Shown here: piece after piece, positions 1 to 9,461 of the stretch
How the letters are laid out: each line of letters begins with the position of its first letter
Numbering within the stretch: position 1 is the stretch's first letter
Source of the DNA: a virus
Strand: one strand, 5' to 3'
Virus record (IMG/VR): IMGVR_UViG_3300031949_000005
Coordinates: 1-64,000 of that record
DNA length: 64,000 nucleotides
Notes under the pieces: generated by a model
Database searches by the model: none
What the model saw: only the letters and a program-made list of their open reading frames with translations
Told to the model about the DNA's origin: nothing
Position numbers and translations under genes: made by a program

Positions 1-1
1 A

Positions 2-505
2 CATCCTTTTTCTCATGGACGAATCGGGATGTACATTGTCGATAGTGGGATACCATATATAATGCAAGTTCTTTGGCAATAATTCTAATCCCTTTTGGAA
101 CTTTACCATATCAATATTTTCAGTACCCATCAGAAAGGGCCATTGCGCTGCTTCCATTTCTATAAGAATAGTATTCATCTTTGCTGTGTTGCAGCATCGG
201 GCTATCTCTAGTCTAATTTGCGCCCAACCATCCATGTCATCGAGTCCATTGAGCAATGTATAGGTTTTTATACCTGGTATTATCGTCATTTGCTTGCGAG
301 GAAGCCGTTTCATGATCTCAAAATAGTTTGACTCCCCGCCAGGAATAGTGCTGACAATCGCTGCATTAGTGTGGGGTAGCCAGTTCCGCAGCCCGGTCAC
401 AATATAATCAATCGCACCGAAATGCCCTATGCGGTTTAATTCCACCCATGGAACGATATGTTGATTAGTCCAATTCCCGAATATTTCGCACGAAGTTAGA
501 GACAT
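2..505 (-). CDS. hypothetical protein, runs off window edge (not in ORF track)
   Basis: ATG at 505 after AAGAGG; open frame MSLTSCEIFGNWTNQHIVPW... to the window start. Confidence 0.75.
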   Translation of the reverse strand, partial: MSLTSCEIFGNWTNQHIVPWVELNRIGHFGAIDYIVTGLRNWLPHTNAAIVSTIPGGESNYFEIMKRLPRKQMTIIPGIKTYTLLNGLDDMDGWAQIRLEIARCCNTAKMNTILIEMEAAQWPFLMGTENIDMVKFQKGLELLPKNLHYIWYPTIDNVHPDSSMRKRM

Positions 506-535
506 AATTTTTCCTCTTATGTTTATTTCTTAACA

Positions 536-1354
536 TTAAATTAATCCGTTATGATATAATTCTATCAGTTTATATGGATCTTTATTTAATTGATTATATT
601 TAATTAATATTTTTGGAAATTCACCACTATAAGGTATTATCGGAATATGTCTGTTGTATATATCCCTAAAATGCGGTATTTCCATCCAGTTGTTAGGCCA
701 ATATTTTCCTGGATTGCTAACAGACCATCTCATATGAAAAAATGTCGGTTTCTCGATCCTCATTCCAATACCAGGTATATAAGCTTGTTCAGCATATCTA
801 TTTGGACTACTTATATATCTTACATTATCTTTGATCCTTATTAATCTTTTCTCAAATGAAACCATCTGTTGAGAACCAATCCATGAATCATTAACGATAT
901 CAAATGCCCTATCTTCTACCCAGTTTAATTCATTTTTATTTATTATATTTCTTAAATCATTAAAATTAGACAAAGCTATATTATCTAAATCCCATCTATA
1001 TATCCATTCATAGCTAGACAAGGAAATACAATAATTAGTATAATAGACTATGCTTTTGGTTGATAAATCGCTTATATCTACTTTTCTTGGTCCTGCTTCG
1101 ATTATATCTTCATCGTAATAAAATATTTTCATATTGGGCAATTTTAATGCATTTAATAGTATGGGCGTTTTATCCGTACAATTATTTAATATAACTATTA
1201 TTTCATCGAAGAAGTCTTTAACTGATAATATAGAAGGAATACAAAACTCTTCCTCGTTCTTACATCTACATATAGCAGAAACTCCTGGTTTTCTATTTTT
1301 TGATAGGTCGGCTGGGTAGTAATATTTTTCTATTTTTTCGATATTTTTAATCAT
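536..1354 (-). CDS. GT-A fold glycosyltransferase (GT2/CgtA-like)
   Basis: GVSAICRCKNEE...DEIIVILNNCTDKT start and a DxD motif (WDLD). Confidence 0.75.
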   Translation of the reverse strand: MIKNIEKIEKYYYPADLSKNRKPGVSAICRCKNEEEFCIPSILSVKDFFDEIIVILNNCTDKTPILLNALKLPNMKIFYYDEDIIEAGPRKVDISDLSTKSIVYYTNYCISLSSYEWIYRWDLDNIALSNFNDLRNIINKNELNWVEDRAFDIVNDSWIGSQQMVSFEKRLIRIKDNVRYISSPNRYAEQAYIPGIGMRIEKPTFFHMRWSVSNPGKYWPNNWMEIPHFRDIYNRHIPIIPYSGEFPKILIKYNQLNKDPYKLIELYHNGLI

Positions 1355-1634
1355 TATTTTTTATCCTAAGAAGATATATAACTTCATCATCATTATTCAA
1401 GAACAAAAATTTTGATACTTTATCCAATGTTAATATAATTCTAACATTATTTATAGATATATTTTGATTATTAATCATTTTATATGGTCTCAATTTTGTC
1501 TTAAGCTCTTCGGTAAATTCAACTAATAATCCGTCTATGCCTTCTGGTGTTCGTATAAAACATCCACTACTTAGATTATTTAATTTATTTCTATGAATAG
1601 GAATACTTTGATCCAATAAATCAGAATTAAGCAT
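1347..1634 (-). CDS. hypothetical protein
   Basis: Tiles with neighbours; no motif recognised. Confidence 0.6.
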   Translation of the reverse strand: MLNSDLLDQSIPIHRNKLNNLSSGCFIRTPEGIDGLLVEFTEELKTKLRPYKMINNQNISINNVRIILTLDKVSKFLFLNNDDEVIYLLRIKNND

Positions 1635-2046
1635 CTGTTTCGTCTCTAAGTTTTTCTAAATAATCTTCTATTTTTTCACGTTCTAACATAAATTGTTTTA
1701 TATCCAAATTAGTAAACGGAACTATTATAGAATCTTTGGATAATAATTTATTTATATTTTTTGCCCCAATGGGATTACAGCTATGAATAACGATTATGGG
1801 TTTAACCGAAAAGGTTGTAGAAATAAATTTAGCTACCGTATATCCCGTATTTTCCTCTTTGCTATCAATGTTTTCTTTACCACCTAAGTCATGATCTAAG
1901 AATATTATATCATATAAATTATCATTTAAAAAATCAATAGCTGCATTAGCCGTGGCTGCAAAATCTACTATATGTCCTATCAATTCTTGTTGAAATTTTT
2001 TGATTCTATAGATATTATCTTCCAATACTAAGATTTTCATAACCAA
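1627..2046 (-). CDS. cyclic-phosphate-processing receiver-domain protein
   Basis: Receiver start ILVLED plus family motifs FLDHDLG, TGY and IHSCNP. Confidence 0.75.
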   Translation of the reverse strand: MVMKILVLEDNIYRIKKFQQELIGHIVDFAATANAAIDFLNDNLYDIIFLDHDLGGKENIDSKEENTGYTVAKFISTTFSVKPIIVIHSCNPIGAKNINKLLSKDSIIVPFTNLDIKQFMLEREKIEDYLEKLRDETDA

Positions 2047-2297
2047 TCTCTTAAATCCTTAGAGCATCTTACACATAATGTAAATCTAATTTTAGGTTCC
2101 GATATATCTTTTATATGACCAAATAATAGACATTGAAATTTATACCAATATCGAATAAATTGTTTACAACAACTGGCTCTCAACCATTTTGTTGAAGTTT
2201 TGATAGGTATTTTTATATATCTAATTTTTGGTGGCAAGGGATCTAAGTCAAAATCGGTTAATACCATATATACCTTCCTAATTCCCATTATATTCAT
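2037..2297 (-). CDS. hypothetical protein
   Basis: Tiles with downstream gene; C-terminal CxxC. Confidence 0.5.
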   Translation of the reverse strand: MNIMGIRKVYMVLTDFDLDPLPPKIRYIKIPIKTSTKWLRASCCKQFIRYWYKFQCLLFGHIKDISEPKIRFTLCVRCSKDLRDWL

Positions 2298-2489
2298 CTA
2301 GACATTTTATTAATATTTATTAATTTAATATTACACTTACAACATTGAGACAAAACAAGCCCTATACAATATTCTTCATCTATATTATCCCATTCTTCAT
2401 CAGAAATCAAATCTTGTTTATGTTTTATTATGACGCCACATATCGGACAGCAATAACGGGGATATTTTCCCATACATATCTCCTTAATC

Positions 2490-3308
2490 TCATTTTAGGA
2501 ATTTGCCAATCCAATAATCTAAATTATTTTCGCCAACTGGTATCTGTTTATCAATAAGTGCTGCTAATAATTTTTGTTTATTTCCTTTGTGTTGTTTAAG
2601 CCAACAATTACCGATAGCCTCTGTCGGGACTCCCATAAGCGCACTTTCTAATAATGCTGTTGATGTTTGTCCATACACCAATTTAGCTTCTTGTGCGATA
2701 TCTAGAAAATTCCCCCCGCGTATTATTGAACTATTAGGGCCAACCTTATAGTTCAAATTAGCAAGAACTGGGTGGGTTTTAAACAGTATCATATCATTTG
2801 GAAATTTTTCTTCAACATGGGCTATAAACGATTGCATATTTTTATATGGTGCATTTTTTATTACATTTGTATCTGAATCTATTTGTAAAGGACATAATAT
2901 ATATTTTCCTGGTGATTTCCATGAATAATCATTTAAATATTTTTTGCGGAAAATATCTAATTTATCAAAATGTTCCTGTTTTATCCATGAGAAATCATCA
3001 TTCATAATTGATGCGTCTGCGTTTATTCCTTTTTCATCTATATAATAATAATCCTTTTGTGGGAAAAATCCACATTCAACAAATAGTGTCTTAATATTTT
3101 CTTGTTTTGCTTTATCAAGAATAGATTTATGGATTTCTTCTGCGCCGTTCCATATAAAGAATAGTTTACAATCCTTAAAATTGGGTATTTGTTTTCTATG
3201 ACATAATTCAATATAAAAATTTCTATTTTGAAAATATTGAATAAGCCCACATAACCATCTAGGAATATGATCCGACGGTTCGCGGTCGTAAAATATTATT
3301 TTATCCAT
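2490..3308 (-). CDS. KpsS/KpsC-like capsule biosynthesis glycosyltransferase
   Basis: ECGFFP, IDEKGINA, PLQIDSD, KTHP, STALLESALMG; start moved to MDKIIF. Confidence 0.75.
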   Translation of the reverse strand: MDKIIFYDREPSDHIPRWLCGLIQYFQNRNFYIELCHRKQIPNFKDCKLFFIWNGAEEIHKSILDKAKQENIKTLFVECGFFPQKDYYYIDEKGINADASIMNDDFSWIKQEHFDKLDIFRKKYLNDYSWKSPGKYILCPLQIDSDTNVIKNAPYKNMQSFIAHVEEKFPNDMILFKTHPVLANLNYKVGPNSSIIRGGNFLDIAQEAKLVYGQTSTALLESALMGVPTEAIGNCWLKQHKGNKQKLLAALIDKQIPVGENNLDYWIGKFLK

Positions 3309-4137
3309 ATATAATCTCCGGTATATAATTTGGATCACCTTCGCCCCAATCTAATCCAACATTTCTAATTATAGATCCATTCTTTTTTGAATTATATATT
3401 TCTTTATTTTTATTTTCTCTTTTTATAGCTACTGGATCATTTTTTGTATCCGGCTTTGGATGCCATAAATGAATTGGTTGGCAATTATAATCGAAGTATT
3501 GTTTTATTCCATGTTTCGTTAATCTTTCGTGTAAATCCATATCGGCGTAACAATAGTATTTATATGATTCGTCATAGCCTCCAATATTTCTTAATATTTC
3601 TGTTTTTATACAGTAGCCATAATGGTAGAAAACAAATCTATCTTCCATAATAGGAATTTGACGGGATCTATTTTTAATTTGGTCCATATTTATTTTATTT
3701 TCCATAAATAAATTTGTATTTTTTTCGTCTGCTTGATAAATATATTTGCCACAACGATATAATTCGTCTGGATGTTCTAGACATCCTTTGATAAAATCAC
3801 CAGTATATAAAATTTCTGGATCTTTTTGTGCTAATAGCTTAGATTGACAATATTTAATAGCTACATTACGACTAAATCCATCTCCACGTTCCCATGGATT
3901 ATTGCGTTCGATTGTCAGATAATCAATGTTTGATACTTCTTTTTTCCAATCATCGAAAGATTCATATATACCATCATTTATTATAAGTATCATCCATTTA
4001 TCTTTACAATACCACATATCTGTTATTAATCGAGATAGGAATATATCTATATATTTTTTTCTACCAAAATTTGGTATTAATAATACAAGTTCTCTATTTG
4101 TTTTTGACCAATCGAAATTTTTATCCATCATAAACAC
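3301..4137 (-). CDS. GT2 / galactosyltransferase (GT7C)-like glycosyltransferase
   Basis: IPNFGR, INDG, RNVAIK, GGYDESY..YADMDL, HLWH. Confidence 0.75.
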   Translation of the reverse strand: MFMMDKNFDWSKTNRELVLLIPNFGRKKYIDIFLSRLITDMWYCKDKWMILIINDGIYESFDDWKKEVSNIDYLTIERNNPWERGDGFSRNVAIKYCQSKLLAQKDPEILYTGDFIKGCLEHPDELYRCGKYIYQADEKNTNLFMENKINMDQIKNRSRQIPIMEDRFVFYHYGYCIKTEILRNIGGYDESYKYYCYADMDLHERLTKHGIKQYFDYNCQPIHLWHPKPDTKNDPVAIKRENKNKEIYNSKKNGSIIRNVGLDWGEGDPNYIPEIIYG

Positions 4138-4141
4138 CTAA

Positions 4142-4348
4142 TTATCTTGGTCCTCTTCTTCCGTATGTCCACCCTGGATTATTTTTTTCAAAATCTTTTA
4201 TTCTTTGGGTTCTTTTCATATCTTCTTCAGATTTATGTTTTTTATGTAAATAATATTCCCAGCATTCTTCACATCCATCGTTTTCGAACAATTGATTTGG
4301 TTTAAGTATTCCTTTATATGATAAATGTTTTTTACACCTATCTATCAT
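4142..4348 (-). CDS. hypothetical protein
   Basis: Tiles; CxxH and CxxC. Confidence 0.55.
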   Translation of the reverse strand: MIDRCKKHLSYKGILKPNQLFENDGCEECWEYYLHKKHKSEEDMKRTQRIKDFEKNNPGWTYGRRGPR

Positions 4349-4350
4349 TT

Positions 4351-4833
4351 TTATATATGTCTCCAGTTGATGCCTACTTTAATTTTATATATTACAGGAT
4401 CTTTTACTTTAAAGGATTTTGCTATTTTCGTAGTTGATTCACCATTATTTAATAATTGCTTTATTTTTTTAACCTGTTGTTCATTCAATATTGCTCGTCC
4501 ATTCCTAGAACCACTTAAATCTGTTCCATGTATCTTTTGATCATATCTATTTTCTGATATAGTTCCCCATTTTAGATTATCCAATTTATTATTAGATGGA
4601 TTACCATCCAAGTGTCTACACTCCATTTCATAAGGACATGATCCTACAAAAGTAGATAAAACTATTCTATGAGATCTAAATAATTGTCTTTTACCATTAG
4701 TTCTTGTTAAAAATATTAACATGTAATTATCTTTATCTTTATATTGTTTTAATATTATATTATTTTTTTTAAATCTTCCATAATTAGAAACATAATAATT
4801 ATCAAATCCATTAATTAATTTCCATATTTCCAT
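4351..4833 (-). CDS. NUMOD4-HNH homing endonuclease
   Basis: EIWK..YYVSNYGR; HRIVL..FVG..CRHLDGNPSNN..NLKWGT; C-terminal HTH. Confidence 0.9.
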   Translation of the reverse strand: MEIWKLINGFDNYYVSNYGRFKKNNIILKQYKDKDNYMLIFLTRTNGKRQLFRSHRIVLSTFVGSCPYEMECRHLDGNPSNNKLDNLKWGTISENRYDQKIHGTDLSGSRNGRAILNEQQVKKIKQLLNNGESTTKIAKSFKVKDPVIYKIKVGINWRHI

Positions 4834-4835
4834 GA

Positions 4836-5618
4836 TTATCCTAATCCCCATTCAATATTTTTATTAACGATTGTTTCGTTATTTTTAGTTTTTTCTTTAT
4901 ATAAAGATTCGCTTGAGATAATGGTTTTTTTAAATTTTCTTATCATTGGATGCCATATATGATATGTTTTAATATTTTTGTCTATTATAATATCAATATT
5001 TAACAATCTTAATCTTCTTAATAAATCCCAGTCCTCAAAACCATAGTTATTTTTAAATCTTTCGTCGTAACCATTTATATCCAGAAGTATTTTAACTGGT
5101 ATTGTTGCTCCAGCATGAAAGGCTTGGAACCTATTGTTGTCTATTATCCATTCTCTTAATATGGATAATTTTTTTAAATCTACATATGGGTTTTCTAATA
5201 TTTTTGATGTTTCTTGTTCGCATAATTCCACCATATTTGAAGGTCTGTATATTTCGCTATCTTTTATTTTAATCGCACTAGAGAGAAAATCTCCTTCTAT
5301 AATAATTTCTGGATCTCTAGTGGCCAATAATCTACTTCTGATATTTTTAATAACCTTATTCCTAATCATACATCCATTTCGTTCAACAACTGGATCTCTT
5401 TCGAATGTAAACCACTTTAAATTATATTTTTCTAAATCTGATAGATCTTCATGATGACCATCATTAACAACGAGGAATAACCATTTATCAATAGGAAGTT
5501 CTGTTTTAAACCTTTGTAAAGTCGGAATTAATAAATTTTTCCTTTTCCAATTTGGAATAAAGATAATTATTTCTTTATTCGTATAATCCCAATTAAAATT
5601 ATTCTGATTCGGGTACAT
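4836..5618 (-). CDS. GT2/GT7C-like glycosyltransferase, paralog of 3301..4137
   Basis: Shared NFxWxxTNxE, IPN, NDG, DPEI, GYDE, EDWDL, HIWHP. Confidence 0.75.
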   Translation of the reverse strand: MYPNQNNFNWDYTNKEIIIFIPNWKRKNLLIPTLQRFKTELPIDKWLFLVVNDGHHEDLSDLEKYNLKWFTFERDPVVERNGCMIRNKVIKNIRSRLLATRDPEIIIEGDFLSSAIKIKDSEIYRPSNMVELCEQETSKILENPYVDLKKLSILREWIIDNNRFQAFHAGATIPVKILLDINGYDERFKNNYGFEDWDLLRRLRLLNIDIIIDKNIKTYHIWHPMIRKFKKTIISSESLYKEKTKNNETIVNKNIEWGLG

Positions 5619-5880
5619 ATTTTGTCATCTTTTTAACTTCAATTTGTCTTGTAAGATGTTTTTTATTCTCGAAACAACTATCACAAATACACGATTGTAT
5701 ACGAATATCTCTGTTAGATAAATCTTGAAATTGATCAAATTTACTGAACCATCCAAAATGTATTTCTATGGTTCCGCCTTCTATGCATGGTAATGTTCCA
5801 TCATTATCATCATCCGGAGCCAATGGATCAATAGGAATTTCTTTTTCACATATTATACATCGCCATTTAAATTTTTTCAT
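5599..5880 (-). CDS. hypothetical Zn-binding protein
   Basis: CIIC...ICDSC. Confidence 0.55.
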   Translation of the reverse strand: MKKFKWRCIICEKEIPIDPLAPDDDNDGTLPCIEGGTIEIHFGWFSKFDQFQDLSNRDIRIQSCICDSCFENKKHLTRQIEVKKMTKYVPESE

Positions 5881-6206
5881 TATCTATTATCCCCATATCC
5901 ATGCAATTTATTTCTAGATTTTCTATCTAATAATTTGGTAATATTACCAACGGCTATATCTTCGAGATTCAAATTTAAATCTAGGGCTAAATTAGCTATG
6001 TACCAGAGAACATCTCCAAGTTCTTTTTTTATTTCTTCTCTATCAGCGTCGGTCATTTCATTATTTTTATCTCTAATAATTTTTTTAATTTTTTCTGCTA
6101 CTTCTCCCGACTCCCCACATAGACCGAGACAGGGATATATAATTTTATAATTATCATTATATGTAGCTGTTTGCCTAGCTAATAATTGATATTCATTAAA
6201 TTCCAT
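5880..6206 (-). CDS. mazG: MazG-like NTP pyrophosphohydrolase
   Basis: GLCGESGEVAEKIKK...KELGDVLWY. Confidence 0.9.
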   Translation of the reverse strand: MEFNEYQLLARQTATYNDNYKIIYPCLGLCGESGEVAEKIKKIIRDKNNEMTDADREEIKKELGDVLWYIANLALDLNLNLEDIAVGNITKLLDRKSRNKLHGYGDNR

Positions 6207-8205
6207 TAATGTTCTCCACGTATTCCTCTTTTACCACATCATCGGAATCTTCTTTATTAATTAGTGCTTGTCCATACCATAATTTATCCAATGCTGCCAC
6301 TCCCAAGAGATCAAATTTAACTGCACCTAGAATTTCAGCATTACCCATTTCTACTCCAACAATTCTGGTTTTACTTTTTGGATCGTAGGCCATAGGCACC
6401 AAATCTTCAACTGGAATACTCGATATAACCACACCGGCGGCATGTTTGCTTTGTGATTTTTTAGTTCCTTCGATTCTAATAGCTTGATCAAATAGTGGCT
6501 TATACCAATTATATGCTTCTTTAACTTGTTCTACATTATCTATAGCCCATTGTAATATCCCATAATCATGGTTATCCGTTTCTTCCCTTTTTTGTTGTAA
6601 CTCATCCGCTATCGAAGCTTCGTCTGGAATTCTACTTGTTATTTCATTACATAGATCAAATGGAGATATTGATATTTCTTCAGGATTTTTTCCTTCTTTT
6701 GTAGCTTTTACTTTCATCAAATGTTTAACAGTATCTGGTTGTGCTCTAAATACTTCTTTTAGTGCTGCCTTACCTTGTAATCTTCCAAAAGTAACCATTT
6801 GCGAAATATGTTCCTCTCCCCATTTTTGATTTAAATATTCTAGAACTTCTGATCTAAAATCTACGCCAATATCTAAATCTATATCTGGCAAACTGATATG
6901 TCCAGGTTGATTTCTTCCTTTGTTATAAAATCTGGCGAATAAAAGTCCATATTCTAATGGGTCTATCCCCGTAATGTCTAATAAATAATTTATTAAACAT
7001 CCGGCTCCAGACCCTCTCCCCTTGCCTCTTGGGGCATTTTTGCTATCAATAAATTTACATATATCCCATACTATTAAGAAATAATCAGCAAGACCAGCTT
7101 CTTTTATTACTTTCAATTCTTCTTTAAGTCTTTCCCAGTATTGTTGTTTTTGCTCTTTTGTTTTAGAATCAAGTTTATTCCTTGCTCCTTCGATACATAA
7201 TTCTTTTAATAATTTATCAGACAAATGTTTTTCATTTGATTTTTGAAATACCGGAATACATGGATTTCTACCTATATCTTCGGTAGTAATCATATCTGCA
7301 ATTTCTAATGACATTTCTATTTCTTTTGATGAATAATGTTCACTCATTTCTTCTGGCGAGAATATATAGAATGTATCTCTATAGAAAAACGACATTACAT
7401 CGCCGCCTTCTTTTCTAATTCTATCCTGTTCGTCTGCTGTCGTTCCTAATTGACTATAGAGAAGAATACGATGATCATCTGCATCTTCTTTTTTAGCGTA
7501 GTGGGCGTCAAGCGTACCTACCGATTTGATATTAAGTCCATTAGCAATTTCCCTTAGACATTCTACTACAACCTTTTGCGCCGGCATATTTTCTTCTTGT
7601 AGTTCTATAAAATAATTTTCTTTACCAAAAGCTTTTTGATATTTTTCTATTATTTCACTAGCTACATCCTTCCAGTTATGTTTTAACAATTTTTTTACTT
7701 CTTCTGTATTATCTGTTTGTTCTCCTATTAAACATGCTTGTCCTACATCATCGAATAACGAAGCAGATAACTCTCCTATTATGCATCCCGACAAACAAAT
7801 TAGATTTCCCCTTTTGCCAAAGTTCGATAGATTATTAAGATCAATCCTCGGTTTTCTATAAAACCAATCTGGTCTATTTGTTGTGCTTACTAAAGACATT
7901 AAATCTTTAATACCATCAGGATTTTTGGATAAGATGGTAAGATGCCAGTGCTTTTTATTATCATTATTACGAATTGATGGATCGAATTTGCTTATATATA
8001 ATTCTATTCCCGTTATGGGCTTAATACCAAATTTTTTACATGCCTTTTGATGATCTATCATACCGAAGATGTTTCCATGATCCGTCCCGGCACAAGCAGG
8101 ACAACCTATATCGTGACATCTCTGTGCTATTTGCTTCGGCGAAGATAAACCATCGAGGAGGCTATAAAAACTATGTACGTGAAGTGGAACATATGTATTA
8201 CACAT
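6196..8205 (-). CDS. dnaE: DNA polymerase III alpha, PHP + catalytic core only (truncated or split)
   Basis: LHVHSFYSLLDG, TDHG, DAHY, GRGSGAG, PDIDLD, SKHAAGVVI, KFDLLG; stop about 35 aa later. Confidence 0.92.
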   Translation of the reverse strand: MCNTYVPLHVHSFYSLLDGLSSPKQIAQRCHDIGCPACAGTDHGNIFGMIDHQKACKKFGIKPITGIELYISKFDPSIRNNDNKKHWHLTILSKNPDGIKDLMSLVSTTNRPDWFYRKPRIDLNNLSNFGKRGNLICLSGCIIGELSASLFDDVGQACLIGEQTDNTEEVKKLLKHNWKDVASEIIEKYQKAFGKENYFIELQEENMPAQKVVVECLREIANGLNIKSVGTLDAHYAKKEDADDHRILLYSQLGTTADEQDRIRKEGGDVMSFFYRDTFYIFSPEEMSEHYSSKEIEMSLEIADMITTEDIGRNPCIPVFQKSNEKHLSDKLLKELCIEGARNKLDSKTKEQKQQYWERLKEELKVIKEAGLADYFLIVWDICKFIDSKNAPRGKGRGSGAGCLINYLLDITGIDPLEYGLLFARFYNKGRNQPGHISLPDIDLDIGVDFRSEVLEYLNQKWGEEHISQMVTFGRLQGKAALKEVFRAQPDTVKHLMKVKATKEGKNPEEISISPFDLCNEITSRIPDEASIADELQQKREETDNHDYGILQWAIDNVEQVKEAYNWYKPLFDQAIRIEGTKKSQSKHAAGVVISSIPVEDLVPMAYDPKSKTRIVGVEMGNAEILGAVKFDLLGVAALDKLWYGQALINKEDSDDVVKEEYVENINGI

Positions 8206-9091
8206 TTATATTTTCCAAATTCAATTGATAATATTTTGTTTTGATAAATTCGGTTCCGTATATACTTAAATCTGACCATATTTTATCACATATACCATTT
8301 TTATAAAATTGACATAATTTACATTTCCATGATTTATTTCTTAAAAATAATTTATCCTTTTTAACTTTCTGGAACCAATTCCATAACGACTGCATAGTAT
8401 ATTGGACATCCTCTATATCTAACGAAAAACTAATAGGACCACCATCTAATATATAATAAAATGTAATAATTATATTTTTATATTTTGGAAATAAATTTAT
8501 TGCTGCTATGTGATACATTCTTGCCTGAACATCGTTGATCAGCGAGTATATATCTTTGGGTTTAAATGTATAAAAATCTGATGCCTTCCCGGATTTCCAA
8601 TCTACAATTTCTATTGTATTTTCGTCTATTTCATGTATTAAATCTATTCTACCTCTATATAAAAATGGTTTATTTTGATATGTTAACCATTCATTACCAG
8701 GCATTTCTATATTAAATAAATCCTCTGTTTTTATTATTTTTAAATTATATGGATTATAATATTTATTATTTACTATCAATTCCACTGCCGTTTTACATTT
8801 TTTAAAATCAGCAGATTCCCCACGACTAGTAAATCTTTTTAAGTCTATAGTAGGATTAGCTTTTGTATATAAATCCCATGAACGATTCAATAACCATAGA
8901 GGATCTACATTGGTTTTATTTTTTAATTTTAATCTGGACATCCATTCAAATACTTGATGAATAATTGTCCCCTGTAAGGCCGTTTTACTTCCACCGGATG
9001 TTTTAATTTTTAAAACATCTTCCATATAGAATTTAAATGCGCAGTGATTATAACTTGCAACTGCACTAGGAGATGCTCTGGTTACTTCCAT
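8198..9091 (-). CDS. PD-(D/E)XK nuclease, RecB/Cas4-like
   Basis: GTIIH, GRIDLI, IVDWKSG, QARMY; Cys pattern C...CKLC..C. Confidence 0.85.
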   Translation of the reverse strand: MEVTRASPSAVASYNHCAFKFYMEDVLKIKTSGGSKTALQGTIIHQVFEWMSRLKLKNKTNVDPLWLLNRSWDLYTKANPTIDLKRFTSRGESADFKKCKTAVELIVNNKYYNPYNLKIIKTEDLFNIEMPGNEWLTYQNKPFLYRGRIDLIHEIDENTIEIVDWKSGKASDFYTFKPKDIYSLINDVQARMYHIAAINLFPKYKNIIITFYYILDGGPISFSLDIEDVQYTMQSLWNWFQKVKKDKLFLRNKSWKCKLCQFYKNGICDKIWSDLSIYGTEFIKTKYYQLNLENINV

Positions 9092-9461
9092 TCTTATAAA
9101 CCATTTCTAATAATGGTGTTAAATCATCTAAATCTTTTCTTCCTAATTCTTGAAAATGTATTATTGACATAATATTGAAACATATTGCACTAAGGTGATC
9201 TTCGTCCGTATCTCCTCTTAAAAATGCAAATAAATGTCTCATAGCACTATTCATAAATTCTGAATATGGCATTCCTTTGGCCCAATTCCATGAATCATAT
9301 TTTTTGGCACCTCTTGTGTACAACATACCTATTCTTAAAAGAGAAAGAACTGGCAATAAAGATAATTTTGGTTTATTATCATCCTTATCTCTAACTGCGC
9401 CGGTATCGAAATGTCGTCTTTCGCCGGAGTCTTTGACCATAAAATTATTATCCATATCCAT
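9066..9461 (-). CDS. dATP/dGTP diphosphohydrolase-family protein (DUF5664-like)
   Basis: FDTGAVRD..KPKLSLLP, GAKKY..NWAKG, SAMRH, EDHL. Confidence 0.85.
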   Translation of the reverse strand: MDMDNNFMVKDSGERRHFDTGAVRDKDDNKPKLSLLPVLSLLRIGMLYTRGAKKYDSWNWAKGMPYSEFMNSAMRHLFAFLRGDTDEDHLSAICFNIMSIIHFQELGRKDLDDLTPLLEMVYKNGSNQSIS

